A DNA stretch of 64,000 nt from Takakia lepidozioides (lineage: Eukaryota > Plantae > Bryophyta). How positions within the stretch are numbered: position 1 is the stretch's first letter; every line of letters begins with the position of its first letter. The notes under the pieces are model-generated. The model ran no database searches. It saw only the letters and a program-made list of their open reading frames with translations, and was not told the origin of the DNA. The stretch covers positions 39,742,001 to 39,806,000 of the forward strand of contig CM060731.1 of the NCBI GenBank assembly GCA_030704615.1. Reading direction: 5' to 3'. This document shows positions 50,294-63,706 of this stretch, piece by piece. A program made the translations under genes and the position numbers.

Positions 50294-52879
50294 AATAAGG
50301 GAGAAGTTCATGGCTTAACGTGTGGACCAGTCATAATGTGTCACTGTGTTTGCGAGCTGAGAATTAACTGGAAAGTAGTCTGTATTCCAGTATCACATCT
50401 TTCGTGAGCTGCCTATGGTGATGATCACAATGAAAAGTATGTTATCGGACAGCAGCAGTGAGGTCCAAGAAAGAGGTTCTTGACAGATAGCCAGGAAAGA
50501 CTTGGCATGCAGACTCTCTTTTACTAGACTTCCCTGTCTCTTTATGAAGAACCAGCAAGTCTATGTTGGTCACCTTCTCAGGATTGCTACAGTTCAGCAT
50601 TCCACTTGTTCCTTTTGAGTGTTCAGCATCGATCTTGGATGAGGGGGACTTCACTCTGCACTGCCCTGTGGTGGAGATCTGTAATGCCGCGGAGCAACTC
50701 TATCACGTAGTGTTGGACATTAGAAGGATTCCATGGAGGGACACACCCAAGCTGCCCAGTTTAGGTAAAATGACACATGCGGAACCCAGGGCTCTACACT
50801 ATCTGCCGTTGTATCTCAATAGCTGGCTGGAGTGCAGCTACATCTCAGTCATTTGCGTCTGTCTGCGTTGAGGTAGAAGGTTAACATTGCCAGCTGCCTG
50901 TACCATTGTACAGGTACCTGTACATTGTGCAGCATCATGGAAAGAGTACACCTCCCGCTCAGCGAGACTGCCTGTTACTATGACAGTCAATAGGTGGACG
51001 CCAGGTTCTAACCTGCTCCACCCCCTCCTTTGCAGAAGGCAAATGGAGCACAGGCCATGCCCCTCTATCCCTCCCTGCTTTTGCCCTATCTGGCTCTAGG
51101 ACACCCCGGTTCCATGGGAACACAAAGCAAGACTGGGGGGGGGGGGAGGGGGGCGAGATAAGAAGTCCGCACTCCTATCGAGTATCATTCATGCACATGA
51201 AGGTTTACTGTTAGACACACATTTGAGGGCTTTATGTGCCCCTCCCTCAAAGAACAGTTTAGTAATCCAAGTGTGTGCCCGTCCAGAGGTTGAACAGTTA
51301 GTTAATTAGATCTACCTGGAAAGTTTGCCAGGTGATACAATTGGAGATTCCCACAAGTACAGAACCTCAGAGTTGAAATCAGTTGAATATGCTCTCTATG
51401 TGGACGTAAGAGGCATCGGCAAATATATATATACATTTAGGAAGTGGAGCTCTTCAGTGCAAAACTTCCTAAGCTATGAAATTGGTGTGAAGTTGATGAT
51501 GGAATACTTTGCATGTGCTCTTCGTCTTGGAAGACATGTAGTGTTGGTGGACTTCAAAGGCACAACACTTTTGATGTTATCTGATGGGACATTCAGGTGT
51601 GAAGTTAGTCTGCTGTGTATAGCTGAATACAGGCCCCGGAGGGTCATCAAAGAAAGGAGGGGTCAGAACCATCATTGTTTGGATGACCACTTCACAAACA
51701 TGGTAAAAGACAATCATTTCATCACATGAAACACGCTGCTGGCACAGTCAAACAGTGAAAAGTGTATAGATCTCATGCAGTTAAAAAATTTGTGGCATCA
51801 TGGCAAACATATACACACTTTGAGAACACACGAAGGCTTTGTTATGCACGAAGACTTTGTTCTGGCATTGAACTGCAACGTAACTAGCGTTCACGAATTA
51901 AATTACATCGTCGGGCATCTGCTTTTGGTTCATGAAACATTGCACAGATTTTTGTAAATTTGTTTCTTTTCATCTTCTTTCAAGATTAGGAGAAAGTTTT
52001 GTTTTAATGGTGGAATTTCTTCTGTTCTGCAATATTATTGACACTGTGGGGGTGGTGCGGTGGGGGGGCGGGTTGTGTATGGCTGGATGGAGCAGTTCAT
52101 GTCTAGCAGCGTGGAAGAAGGTGCCAAACGCTATATCAACAGATTTAAGAGGTTTTATTTCTCTCTCTTGACATTGTGCTATCCGAAGGCTGTGTGACCT
52201 CAAACAAAGAATGAAGCAGTTCCAAAATGCCTGTATTTCCGAACAGATATAGGGCATATTATACTAAGGCTGGTTGTGAGAACTCGTCGACTCCATGATC
52301 TTTTGGCAGATCAATCCACCTCAGGGATTTATTAATGCAAGTTACACATGATCGACAAACTAGTTCATTCAAAAGCAACAGTTGGTTAACATGAGCAACA
52401 GCTCGGAAGACGGAGGGAAACCTAATTTTGTAGGCAATTGATATTATTAACTCATGGAATGTTAGGTGACATGCTACTTTTCGGTCCAGCCTTTCGTTCT
52501 CCAAATTTTGATGGGAGTCTGATTGTATCAACACATGACATTGGTTTAACCCAACATTAGCTTTTCTTTGCTAATCACCAAGGGAGAAATTCCCATAATA
52601 TGTCTAGAAGTGTACAGACCTGTGTTGCTCTGGTATCTTGAATTGGAAATACCAGAAGGGTCATGGTATGAAGTGCTTAATTTTTTTAAGGCGGGTGGGT
52701 TTTCCAATAATGCAGCCCCTGATTTTTTCAAGTATGAATCTGGTATGCATAGAGTGGTTTTTAAAAAAAATCAATCCGGATATGAGCAATGGTATCTGAA
52801 TGTTAGAAATATGAACTCGGATATGGTATTAAGAAAATAATAAAATAAAAATGACCCAGTTTTTGCTTTACGTAAGACA

Positions 52880-55800
52880 AATGGAAAGAGAAGTCGATAG
52901 GGAGCCGAGCCCAGATTGGATCAAGGGGATCTTGGAGAAATACCAGGATGTGATGCCGAAGGATTTACCAAGCGGCTTGCCACCGCGAAGAGGAGTTGAC
53001 CACCAGATAGAGGTGATACCGGGATTGGAGGCGCCTGCCAAGGCGCCCTACCGGTTGAGCCACAGAGAGTTGGTCGAGCTGAAGGCCCAACTCAAGGATC
53101 TAATGTCAAAGGGGTACATCCGGCCGAGTAAGTCACCTTATGGAGCCCCGGTGCTATTCGTAGACAAGAAGGATGGGACGTTGCGGATGTGTGTCGATTA
53201 CAGGGCTCTGAATAAGGTGACTATAAAAAACCAGTACCCTTTGCCAAGGATCGACGACCTCTTCAATCGGTTTGCAGGAACGAAGTATTTCAGCCGGATC
53301 GATTTGCGCTCCGGCTACCATCAAATCCGAGTGGCGGAAGGAGATGAGGAGAAGACCACGTGCAGGACAAGATATGGTTCATATGTGTTCTTGGTGATGC
53401 CGTTTGGGCTCATCAATGCACCCGCGACCTTTAGCACGCTAATGAACAGCCTTTTCCAGGAGCGGTTGAATGACTTTGTGATCGTGTACATTGATGACAT
53501 CGTGGTGTACTCGAAAACGAAGGAAGAGCACCTGGAGCACCTCAAAAGGGTGTTCCAGAAATTGCGGGAAGAGAAGTTGTATGCCAAAGCTTCAAAGTAC
53601 GAATTTGGGGTCACAAAAGTGGAGTTCCTAGGGCATGTGATTACACAGGATGGGATCAAAATGGATGACAGAAAGGTGAGGGCGATCTTGGACTGGGAGC
53701 CTCCGACTTCGGTCCCGGGAGTGCGATCCTTCCTAGGACTCGCCTCCTATTACCGAAAGTATGTGAGAAATTTCGCCAAGATCGCGGGGCCGCTGTCAGA
53801 CCTTCTGTGTAAGTCCAAGGTATGGGTATGGAACACTTTTTGTGGCCAAGCTTTTGCCGAGTTGAAGCAGCGGATGGCGGAAGCTCCAGTCCTGAAAATC
53901 CCGGAGTTCGACCGTCCATTTGAGATTCATACAGATGCGTCAGACTTCGCAATTGGGGGTGTGCTCATATAGGATGGACGTCCAGTGGCTTATGAAAGTA
54001 AGAAACTGAATGAAGTGGAGCGTCGGTGGCCTACGCACGAGAAAGAAATGAAGGTGGTAATGCATAGTTTTGGCGCTACTATGTTGGTTCCAACCCGGTG
54101 AAGGTGTTCACGGACAATGTCACAGTGAAGTATTTTGCCACGCAGCCTAAGTTGTCCCCAAAACAACTTAGGTGGCAAGACACTTTGGCAGTGTTCGACA
54201 TGGATATCCAGTACAAACCGGGACGGGACAATGTGGTGGCCGATGCTTTAAGTAGAAAGCAGCAGCTCATGTTGGTGTACAGGGGCGAGACGGCGCTCCA
54301 AAGGAAGATCCGGAAGGCTTACCGGAAGGACGAGATGACGAAGTCCGTGATACGGGACTTGAGGATGGGGGTTCAATCGCAGTTCCACTTGCACAATGGA
54401 CTGCTCCAGTACAAGCAAAAGCGCCTCTACGTGCCGAATGGAGGGATCAGAGATAGTCTCTTGAGGGAATGCCATGATGGCCCGCTTTTGCGCACCGCGG
54501 CACTCTTGAAGAAAGAGTATTTCTTGCCCAAACTAAGGGAGGAGACCAAGGAGTATGTCAAGACATGCACCACATGCCAACAAAACCGGAGCGAGTACAA
54601 AAAGCAAGCGGGGCTATTGCAACCCTTGCCGATTCCAGAGGGGTCTTGGGAAAGTGTCTCCATACATTTCATGACTGTTACGCCGCTGTCAAAAGGATTC
54701 GATGCAATCATGGTGGTGGTGGATAGGTTCAGTAAAATGGGTCATTTCATCCCCATCAAGGAGACGGCAACGGCGCAGGAGACGGGGCGACTTTACTCCG
54801 CCCACGTCTTCAAGCATCATGGACTCTCGAAGGATATTGTCTCGGACCGCGACCCAAAGTTTGCAAGTAAATTTTGGAGGGCACTTTGGAAGAAGATGGG
54901 GACGAGGCTCAAGATGAGTACGGCCTTCCGACCTACGACGGACGGCCAAACAGAAAGAGTGAATTCCGTGGTGAAGCAGATCTTGCGGAATTATGTGTCG
55001 GCAGACCAATCAGACTGGGTGGAGCACTTGGATGCGGCAGAGTTCTGTTATAATAACACAAAACACTCCGCAACGAGAGTTTTCCCTTTCGTATTGGTCT
55101 ATGGAAAAGCACATATGGTGCCAACAAGTTGGGCCGCCAGCAAGTTGGAACCGGCAGCAGCAGCGGTGCTGGAAGAACGCGAGCGTTTGTTGGAGCTCGC
55201 AAAGTACAACATTGTCAAAGCTAGGAAACGGTATGAACGGCAGTCGAATCGAAAACGGAGGGAAGTTAAGTTTGAGGCAGGCACGCAGGTCTGGTTGAAC
55301 ATCAAGAATTTTCGACTACCTCCGGAAGTGAGTCCAAAGTTCGTACCTCCGTATGCGCGGCCTTTTCGCATCCGAAAGGTTATGAATGAGGATGTGTATG
55401 AATTGGAGCTACCGGCAAACAGCAAGGTGCATCCGATATTCCACGTCTCCCTTTTGAAGCCTTACTTCAAAGATGAAGCGCGTCCGAATCGGCATCAAGT
55501 GTTGCGTCCGCCACCTGTGCTGTTGGATCATGAAAATAAACCTGAGTACGAGGTGGAGGCAGTGCTTAGGTCGAGGAGGTTCAAGAATCGAGAAACGGAG
55601 TATCTCGTGAAATAGAAGGGCTATCATCAAGTGGAGGCAACTTGGGTGCGTGCCTCAGAAATGGGAAACGCATCCGAGGGAGTTGCAACTTTCGAGGGGC
55701 GACCTCAAAAGCGGAAGAAGCGTTGATGGGGACATCAACCTTGGAGCGTGGGAGGAGGAAATGCATGCTTAGTCCGGCTTAGCTAGCTCAGGAATCCGAT

Positions 55801-57346
55801 TGCAAAAACTTGTGTTGTACAAATTTTGTTATAAATGAAATGGTTTCCAAATGTTGTGCTTCATATTTTGTCTGGAATGGTGATGCATGGTATGGTTGGC
55901 TAGTGTGTAGAATGCATGCTAGCTTACAAAAGAGGGAGAGGTAAATTGGATTAATCGTGTGTTTGCGCAGTGCCAAAATCGGGTGACGCTCATCCAAGGG
56001 GCAAGGAAACTTGCGCCTTATTTGGGAGTTCAAGTGCTAGTGCGCACTTGGCGCGTGCGCATACTATAACTGCGCTACCGAGGGGGTTGCCTTGTAGTGC
56101 GGGCTAATGCGGAAGTTACTTGCTTCCATTCACGTACTATAATCGTGTAACCTCGAGACGAAGTCGTAGTGCGGCTTCGGCGTGTTCCCGTACCTCAGGC
56201 CAACATTCCAAGGCGGACCCAATTGTAGTGATTGGGGTGCACGGTTGGTTCAAGGTTATCTTCCTAGTCAAAAGGGGGTTCAGATGAACCCTTGCTCAAG
56301 GTGATGCCAAAAGCGGCATCATGAGCGGTCGCAAGCAATGTTGTTGCAATAAGGCGATTTGATCCTCGGGGAGGATCATTCCTTGGCCTTGAAGTGGGCC
56401 AAGAAGAGTGCACTGGGTGGAGCTTAAGAGGCTCCACCCTTGGCTGGGATTTGGAAGAAGTCGGCCGAACTAGCTAGTGGAGAGTAGAGTCAAGTGGGGG
56501 GTTTGGTTCTTTGCCATAGGACGCCATGGTACGGAAACAAACTCTTTAATGTGGGATGCCACAACTTGGATGTTAGTTTCTACAAAATGGACAAGTCGAT
56601 GAGGACATCGACTCCTTGTTGGTGGGGGTGTGTGTCGCGGCCCTTTGCCTTGAGAGCAGGGGGGCGGGATATGAGAGGGGGCAGTGGCAACAATAGGTAC
56701 GGGGGCTAAAGCACCCTTGAGTGCCCAAGGCACTCAAGGAGGCGGAGGCGCTCACTAGGTGGAGCCCCGCACACCGGGTTGCGGTGGGGGTGGTTCCACA
56801 AAGGGTGGTGGTAACTTAGTGAGTCTTAGTGGGGGTGGCATAGGACTCACCATGGGGCGGAAACCTTGTGGTGGGAGTCATGGGGAGTCTTGGGACTCAT
56901 CACGGTCCAATGGGGCCGTGGTGGGTGGGCCAATAATCACCGCGACTCATCACCGGGAATCGAGGGTTTTTGTGGTGGTTCGCCATAAAATGACTGGGTT
57001 GTTTGTTAAACCCCCGCGGACAGTCACAGAAGTATATATAAGGAGTAGTAACCCCGAGAACGGTACAAGCCCGTTGGTGACAAAAAATTAATGAATAAGC
57101 GTGCGAGCCGGAAAGCGACCAAAGTGTGGAGAGCTGTTCCGGACTACCAACAACCAAAGGGAATTTCCACTAGGCCCAAATTGAGAGAGGGTCTTGTGGA
57201 GGAACAAATGGGGACCGTTATGTCCCGGTGAGCAGCCGAAGCTCCGAGTTGGCCCGGCGGCCAGTTTGGGAGTTAGGCGCGCGCATCAAAGCGAGTAACT
57301 ACGACTTGAAGGGGAGCCTACCGAAGTGAGGTGCGCAACAGACTAA
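52880..57346 (+). mobile_element. 5'-truncated Ty3/gypsy chromovirus (RT-RNaseH-integrase-chromodomain) with putative long 3' LTR from ~55762
   Basis: Motifs [55 protein letters not shown] and EYEVEAVL...EYLVK*KGY. Stops at 53970 and 55613. PPT GGGAGGAGGAAA at 55750-55761. TATA-like TATATATAAG near 57033. No gag or protease. Confidence 0.9.
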
Positions 57347-58548
57347 TGTAACAGGGTAGAATCTAGAAGGTTCTAGAAGAAGTTTCCAAAATAACTAGGA
57401 AGGTTCCTAGGAAGTTTGACTTAAGGAAGTTTGACTTGAGGCTCTAAAGTCAAAATAAGATATTTATATTATGGAGAGTAGGTCAAATGTTTGATAAAGT
57501 CATATTGTGGAGAATATGTCAAACTTAAGAAGGTTGACTTTATGAGGTTTTGACTTGAGGCTCTCAAGTCAAACCACTACAACAGATTGCGGTATTTATG
57601 ACTGTATATATTACTATTCTGCAGTCATAAACGGTACATATGACTTTTATGACCGTATGACTGTAAGTCGTGCAAACCAAGTGAATACAATGAGTACAGG
57701 ATGGTACAGTCCGGATGACTACAGTTAGATGAACCAAGTGATATCTCTCACTGTAGTAATATATACCATATTGTAGTCGCCGCTGCCGCGCCACGTGGCG
57801 AGGCGTAATTGATTTTTAAAAAATAAATTAAATTAAAACTAAAAAACTAAAAACCTGTGTCAGACGTCGCGTCGCACCGCATTGTGCCACGTGGCATAAT
57901 GCATTTTATAATAAAAAAAAAACCATGTGGCAGCCCATCTAGGGTACCACGTGCTATCCCTAGCTCGCCCTAGGGCCATCTAATCCATTTCATTGTACTT
58001 AGATAAGTTTGAACCTGCAACCTCTTTATTATAAGAGTTATAGTTCACTACCTGTTAACCAATACACCCATTAATCATTCATGTAATCATATGGTGTTTT
58101 AATTGTATTATACACATCAAATTACAAAATCCCCATTAGTCATCACGACTATGTAACCTCATCTATGTACACTGTAGTCATAGAAATGACTATGAATGGT
58201 GAGCTAAATCTGGTCAATTGTCGTTGACCAGCCTTCCGTCCATTCCGGAGCCATGTAGTCATATAGACGACTACTTAGGTAGTCGTTCATATGACTACAG
58301 TTGTATGAACGACTGCAGGAGGTCAATTTCATATAAAAACATGGTGCAGTCATGGTCAAAGTTAAGAAAACCATGACTACCACGGTTTGGCAGTCATAAC
58401 TACCGCGATCTGTTGTAGTGAACCTTTAAAATAATCATATTTTGAAGGGTATATAAACATGCAATGAAAGCCTAGAAGGCATCGAGTTGTTTTGGAAAAA
58501 AATTGAGAAGTACTTCTATTCTAGTTTGTGTAGATCCTGGGTGTTACA
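57347..58548 (+). repeat. 5' LTR (TGTAACA...TGTTACA), ~350 bp once the CACTA insertion is removed
   Basis: 7-bp inverted termini; co-linear with 63707-64000. Confidence 0.92.
57575..58420. mobile_element. Non-autonomous CACTA (En/Spm) element, 846 bp, inserted in the 5' LTR
   Basis: TIRs CACTACAACAGATTGCGGTA / TACCGCGATCTGTTGTAGTG. 3-bp TSD AAC at 57572-57574 and 58421-58423. Subterminal ATGACT/AGTCAT repeats. The empty site AAGTCAAACCTTTAAA is in the 3' LTR. Confidence 0.96.
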
Positions 58549-58549
58549 A

Positions 58550-58562
58550 TGCTATCAGAGCC
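58550..58562 (+). other. Primer-binding site, initiator tRNA-Met type (TGCTATCAGAGCC)
   Basis: One mismatch from the canonical TGGTATCAGAGCC, 1 nt after the LTR end. Confidence 0.8.
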
Positions 58563-61500
58563 TAGTCTTTCTTAAAGTTGGGAGTGAATACATTCTTTAT
58601 GAGGATTCGATTAAGATGTTATTTTTTAGATATTTATTGTTATTTTTAAGTGTTGAATAGATAGTAGTGATGGTGCGTCATAACGATAGTATAAAAAATT
58701 TATGGACTTAAATCAACCCCCTTTCCGTGATTTTCCTTCGGAGTGTGAGTTTAAAATTATATGTCGTCGTAAAGCAGAAATTAGAGATATGATAGTACAG
58801 AGATTTGGAGAGGAACAATATCAATAAGTGTTACAAAACCCACGACATATCGTCTTTCCTATAATTAGAAATTGGAATGTATACATATGTGTATATACAT
58901 AGTTCATGGATCGAGGTAGACATTTTCCGCCTAATTTTCCACCGCCAAATGTATTTAGTATCAATGTGCGCGCCATCGACAAACATCATCTTGTAAGATT
59001 TTTAGTTGCAGAATTTGGAGTAGAATTCATGAACCTTGTCATGAGTTCAAACGTCACTTTTGTATTACCAATAGTTACGTACGGGATGGTTTGGGATTGC
59101 ACTATTTACATATTGTATTAGGATAAGAGAATAAAGATAATATACATTAATTTTAGAAGATAAACACCACGAAGGAAAGAGTAGTGGAGCAAGATGGCGG
59201 ACAACAAAGAAATGGTGGACAACGTACACACTACTCATCAAGCCAATGATCAGACGGTGTGGATAATGGAGCGTTTACACAAATTGCAGAATGCTCTTGT
59301 CACGACCCAACAACAAAACAACGTGTTGATGGAGGAGCTTAAACAATTGAGACAAACAACCGCCCCGGGACTGGTTGCTGATGGGTCAGATACGTTACTG
59401 CAAAAGATGACTAAGACGTGCAAGGTCGAGCCGTATAAAAGAAGTCGCGCCATGGGACTGCTAGAAGGATGGATTTATCGAATGAAGATACATCTGTCAT
59501 ATTTCTCTACATCAAGCGATTTGGACCACGGAATGTTCATACGATCTTTTCTACTCGACAATGCTTCAATATGGTTACAGACATGGGAGAGAAGATAGAT
59601 TACAAAAGAACCTTTACTATGGAGCACCTTGAAAGCGGGACTGCTCCAACAATTCAAGGCAGTAGATGCTGTTACAACTGCTCAAATTAAATTATGGAAT
59701 TTGGAACAACACGGGAGTGTGCAAAATTACATTGAAGATTTTTTGAATCTTCATGTCCAAATCGAAGACATGAGTCCTGCAGAAGTTTTAGACAACTTCA
59801 AAAGAAGATTGAAGAAGAAAATTCAAGGATAGGTAATTTTACGCAACCCGGTTGATGTCCACGAAGCAATTTCATTGGCCCAAAAGATTGAAGGGACGCT
59901 ACCAAGATACGACGAAGGTATACATGTTCCTTGAACCAATACGGACCAACGCCTATGGAGCTTGGAAATCTTCGAAGACGGGATAACTTCCAATACTCTC
60001 AAAGAAATAGGCCATGAATCAGATATGGGGAAGATAACACACAGCGGCGAATGAAATTGAATGACAAGGATGTGACCTCCTCAACATTCTCACGAACGGA
60101 AGGACAAAGTGAAACTAGACAATGTTACACCTATGGAAAATATGGACATCTTGCAGACAACTGCCGAAGTGGAAGGTACAATCGATAAACTTATCGAAAA
60201 CATCTTAACAATTTAAGGAGAGGAGAAGATAACGAACATCATAATGAGCAGGAAAACGAGGACAACCAGTAAGTAGACCTCGCGGTCTTACTGGTTCTAC
60301 AAAGAAAATGAAAGACGAGGGCCATACAAAGAGAAGAGGCAAATCAATCATGCAGGCAAGAAAGAGACGTAGTTAATTATGGCAGATGGAACCTTGGAAG
60401 GTATTCATGTGAGAGTGTTGATAGACCCTGGGGCAACAGAAAACTTCTTATCTAGAAAGGCTGCCTTGAAACTAGGACTCCCTTAGAAAATGATGAAAAA
60501 GAGGAAGTAGAAATACCAAATGGACATACAGAGGCCATTGAGACACTACCTAAAAACATAGAGTTGTCGATTGGGAAATATAGAGAAACCTTGGAATGGC
60601 AAGTGGTCAGACTGGCTCAATATGACGTAATATTAAGCATGTCTTGGATGGAATCTCACAATCCTGATGTTGATTGGCGTCGAAAGATAGTCAAAACCCA
60701 AAATTGGAAAATATGGGGAGATCGAGTGAGGACACCATATCGAAACCTACCATCATTTGTTATAGGTAACTACAGCTATATATAAGAAAGACTTAGTATT
60801 TGTAGGTTTAATAAGAGACGTGGAAAATCCAAAAAAAAACACGAGTGAGGTCTCTATAGAATTATAGAGTATATTGAAAGAGTTCAAAGTTGTTTTTTCA
60901 GATGACCTACCAGCACGGCTTCCGCCAAAGAGAAGAGTAGATCATAAGATTGAGGTTGTTCCAAGCAGTATTCCTTCTTGTAAAGTCCCTTATCGATTAG
61001 CACCAAACGAGTTGGAAGAATGTAAGGCTCAAGTCGAGGACCTACTATCAAAAGGCTTTATAAGACCAAGTGTATCCTCGTATGGAGCGCCGATGTTGTT
61101 TATGAAGAAAAAAGATGGAGCAATGCGCATGTGCATTGATTATCAAGCACTCAACCAGCAGACAGTGAAGAACAAGTACCCGTTACCACGCATGGACGAT
61201 CTATTTGACCAATTACGTGGAGTAAAATAGTTTACGAAGCTTGATTTGAGGAGTGAATACAACCAAATTCGAGTCGCTGATGAAGATGTATATAAGACCG
61301 TTTTCCGCACTAGATATGGACATTTTGAATACATGGTTATGCCATTTGGTCTCACCAATGCCCCAGCCACATTCATGGGCCTCATGAATGATATCTTTCG
61401 CCCATTCTTAGATAGATTTGTGATAGTGTTTTTAGATGATATTTTGATCTATAGTAACAGCATTGTCGAGCATAGAAACCACCTCAAACAAGTATTACAA

Positions 61501-63706
61501 GTTCTCCGTGAGAATCAGCTATATGCCAAAGCATCTAAATGTGAGTATGGAAAACAAGAAGTAGACTATTTTGGGCATCGCGTGAGTAGGAAGGAATTGA
61601 GGTAATGAGTGAGAAAATAGAAGCTATTCAGCAGTGGATAGTCCCTGAAGACATTACCCAATTAAGGAGTTTTATTGGCCTTATCGGATTCTACAGACGA
61701 TTTGTACGGCCATTCTCAAAGATTGCCCAACCATTGACAAATCTTTTGGGCAAAGGTTAGATGGAAGTGGGGTACAGAAGAGGAGTTAGCATTTCAGGCC
61801 TTGAAGGATGCGTTGCTTCATGCCCCGATCTTGAAATGGTATGATCCGACAAGACTAATCAAGCTCTCGGTAGATGCGTCAGGCTCAGCAGTGGGTTGGG
61901 TGTTACAACAAAAATGGGAAGATGGATGACACCCAGCGGTATATTTTTCTCGCAAATTGTTACCTACGGAACACCATACAACCGAACGAGAAAAATTGGC
62001 TATTGTTTTGGCTACAAAACATTGGAAGTACTATCTTGGAGATAAAGAGTTCATAGTGGAGACAGACCATAAACTGTTCGTGTACTTGGAGACACAGAAA
62101 GATCTATCGAAGAGACAGATTCGTTGGGCGGAGTGCGACAACAATTTAACATGAAGATCGTCTATGTGGAGGGAAAACGGCAATTGGCGGACAAGGATGG
62201 CGCGCATGAACACATTGACAGAAATCAACATTCAACCCGATTGGTGGAATAAGATAGCGACGGCTTCTAAAGATGATGATGAGATCGTGGACGCTAAGAA
62301 GAAGGGCAAAGTGACAGAAGTTCGAGGGTGTGTATTCAAGGAAGATAAACTTTGGATCCCTGATGAACCTGCATTGAAGACAGAAGTCTTGTTTGAAGCT
62401 CATGATACGGCGATAGTAGGACATGTTGGAGTTGAAAAAACATTCGAACAACTAAAACGAACATTTTATTGGCCGCGGATGCGAGACGAGGTGGAGGCGT
62501 AGGTTTGAAATTGCATGAAATGTCAACAAAACAAGTCAACAAACCGCAGGCCAGCAGGTCTTTTACAACCACTACCAGTACCAAACCGACGTTGGAAACA
62601 TATGAGCATGGATTTAGTTTGTGAGTTACCTCAAACCTCATCGGGATACGACACTATAATGGTCTTTGTAGACAAATTGAGTAAGATGATACACATCCGT
62701 CCCACTAGAAAATCCGTCACTGCACCTGAACTAGCTCGATTATATTTGGAAGCGGTCTATTCTCATCATGGGCTATCTAAAGTTCTCATTACTGACATAG
62801 GTACCCAATTTACGAGCTTGTTTTGGAAAAGCTTATTTGGTCTTTTTAAAATCAAATTAGCTATATCAACAGCTTATCATCCGGAGTCAGATGGACAGAC
62901 AGAGCGAGTGAATCGTACAATTGAAGACATGTTGCGGGCCTTTACGTTAGAAGCACAAGAAGAGTGAGATTGGTTATTACCATTGGTAGAATTTTCATAC
63001 AATAACTCAGTCAACGCGTAAACGAAAGAAACTTCTTTCTTTTTGATGTATGGTGAACACCCAAATATGCCAACAACTCTTACAAAGTTCAAGTTACCAA
63101 ATGAGGCGTTATCCAAGGTAGCCGCAACTAACACATTTGTGCAACAAATTCGACGGGGAGTACGCCAAGCTAAAGAGAAGCTGATGGTTGGCCAAAATCG
63201 CCAAAAGCAGTATGCAAATGTACGTCGACGGGATAAGGAGTTTGCAGTTGGGGATCAAGTGTGGTTGTCTACAACCAATTTACACATCATTGGATCGCGA
63301 AAACTAGGGGCACGGTTCATTGGTCCTTTTTCGATCATTAAACGTATTGGAGCAGTAGCATACAAACTGGAGTTACCACCACATATGAAGATCCACCCGG
63401 TGTTTCACGTTTCTCTACTACGTCGTTACAAACCTCGACCATCAATATTCAAAGATAATCAAGAACCACAACCTTTACCAGAGTTGATAGACGGAAATGA
63501 AGAGTGGGAGGTCGACCGTGTTCTGAAAAAATGCACATACAAACGAGGGCGACATGAGGTGTTGGAGTATTTGGTTTTATGGAAAGGATTTCCATTATAT
63601 GAAGCTATCTGGGAACCGGTGCAAAATCTCGCAAATGCTCAATTGGCAATTCAAGCTTTTGAAAATTCAAACAACGAAGACGTTGCTTTTTGAAAGAGAA
63701 AATGAT

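Noticed and set aside
51325-52840. ORFs of 134 aa and 90 aa
   Set aside because: Non-ATG starts and no family motifs; not gag or protease of the adjacent gypsy.
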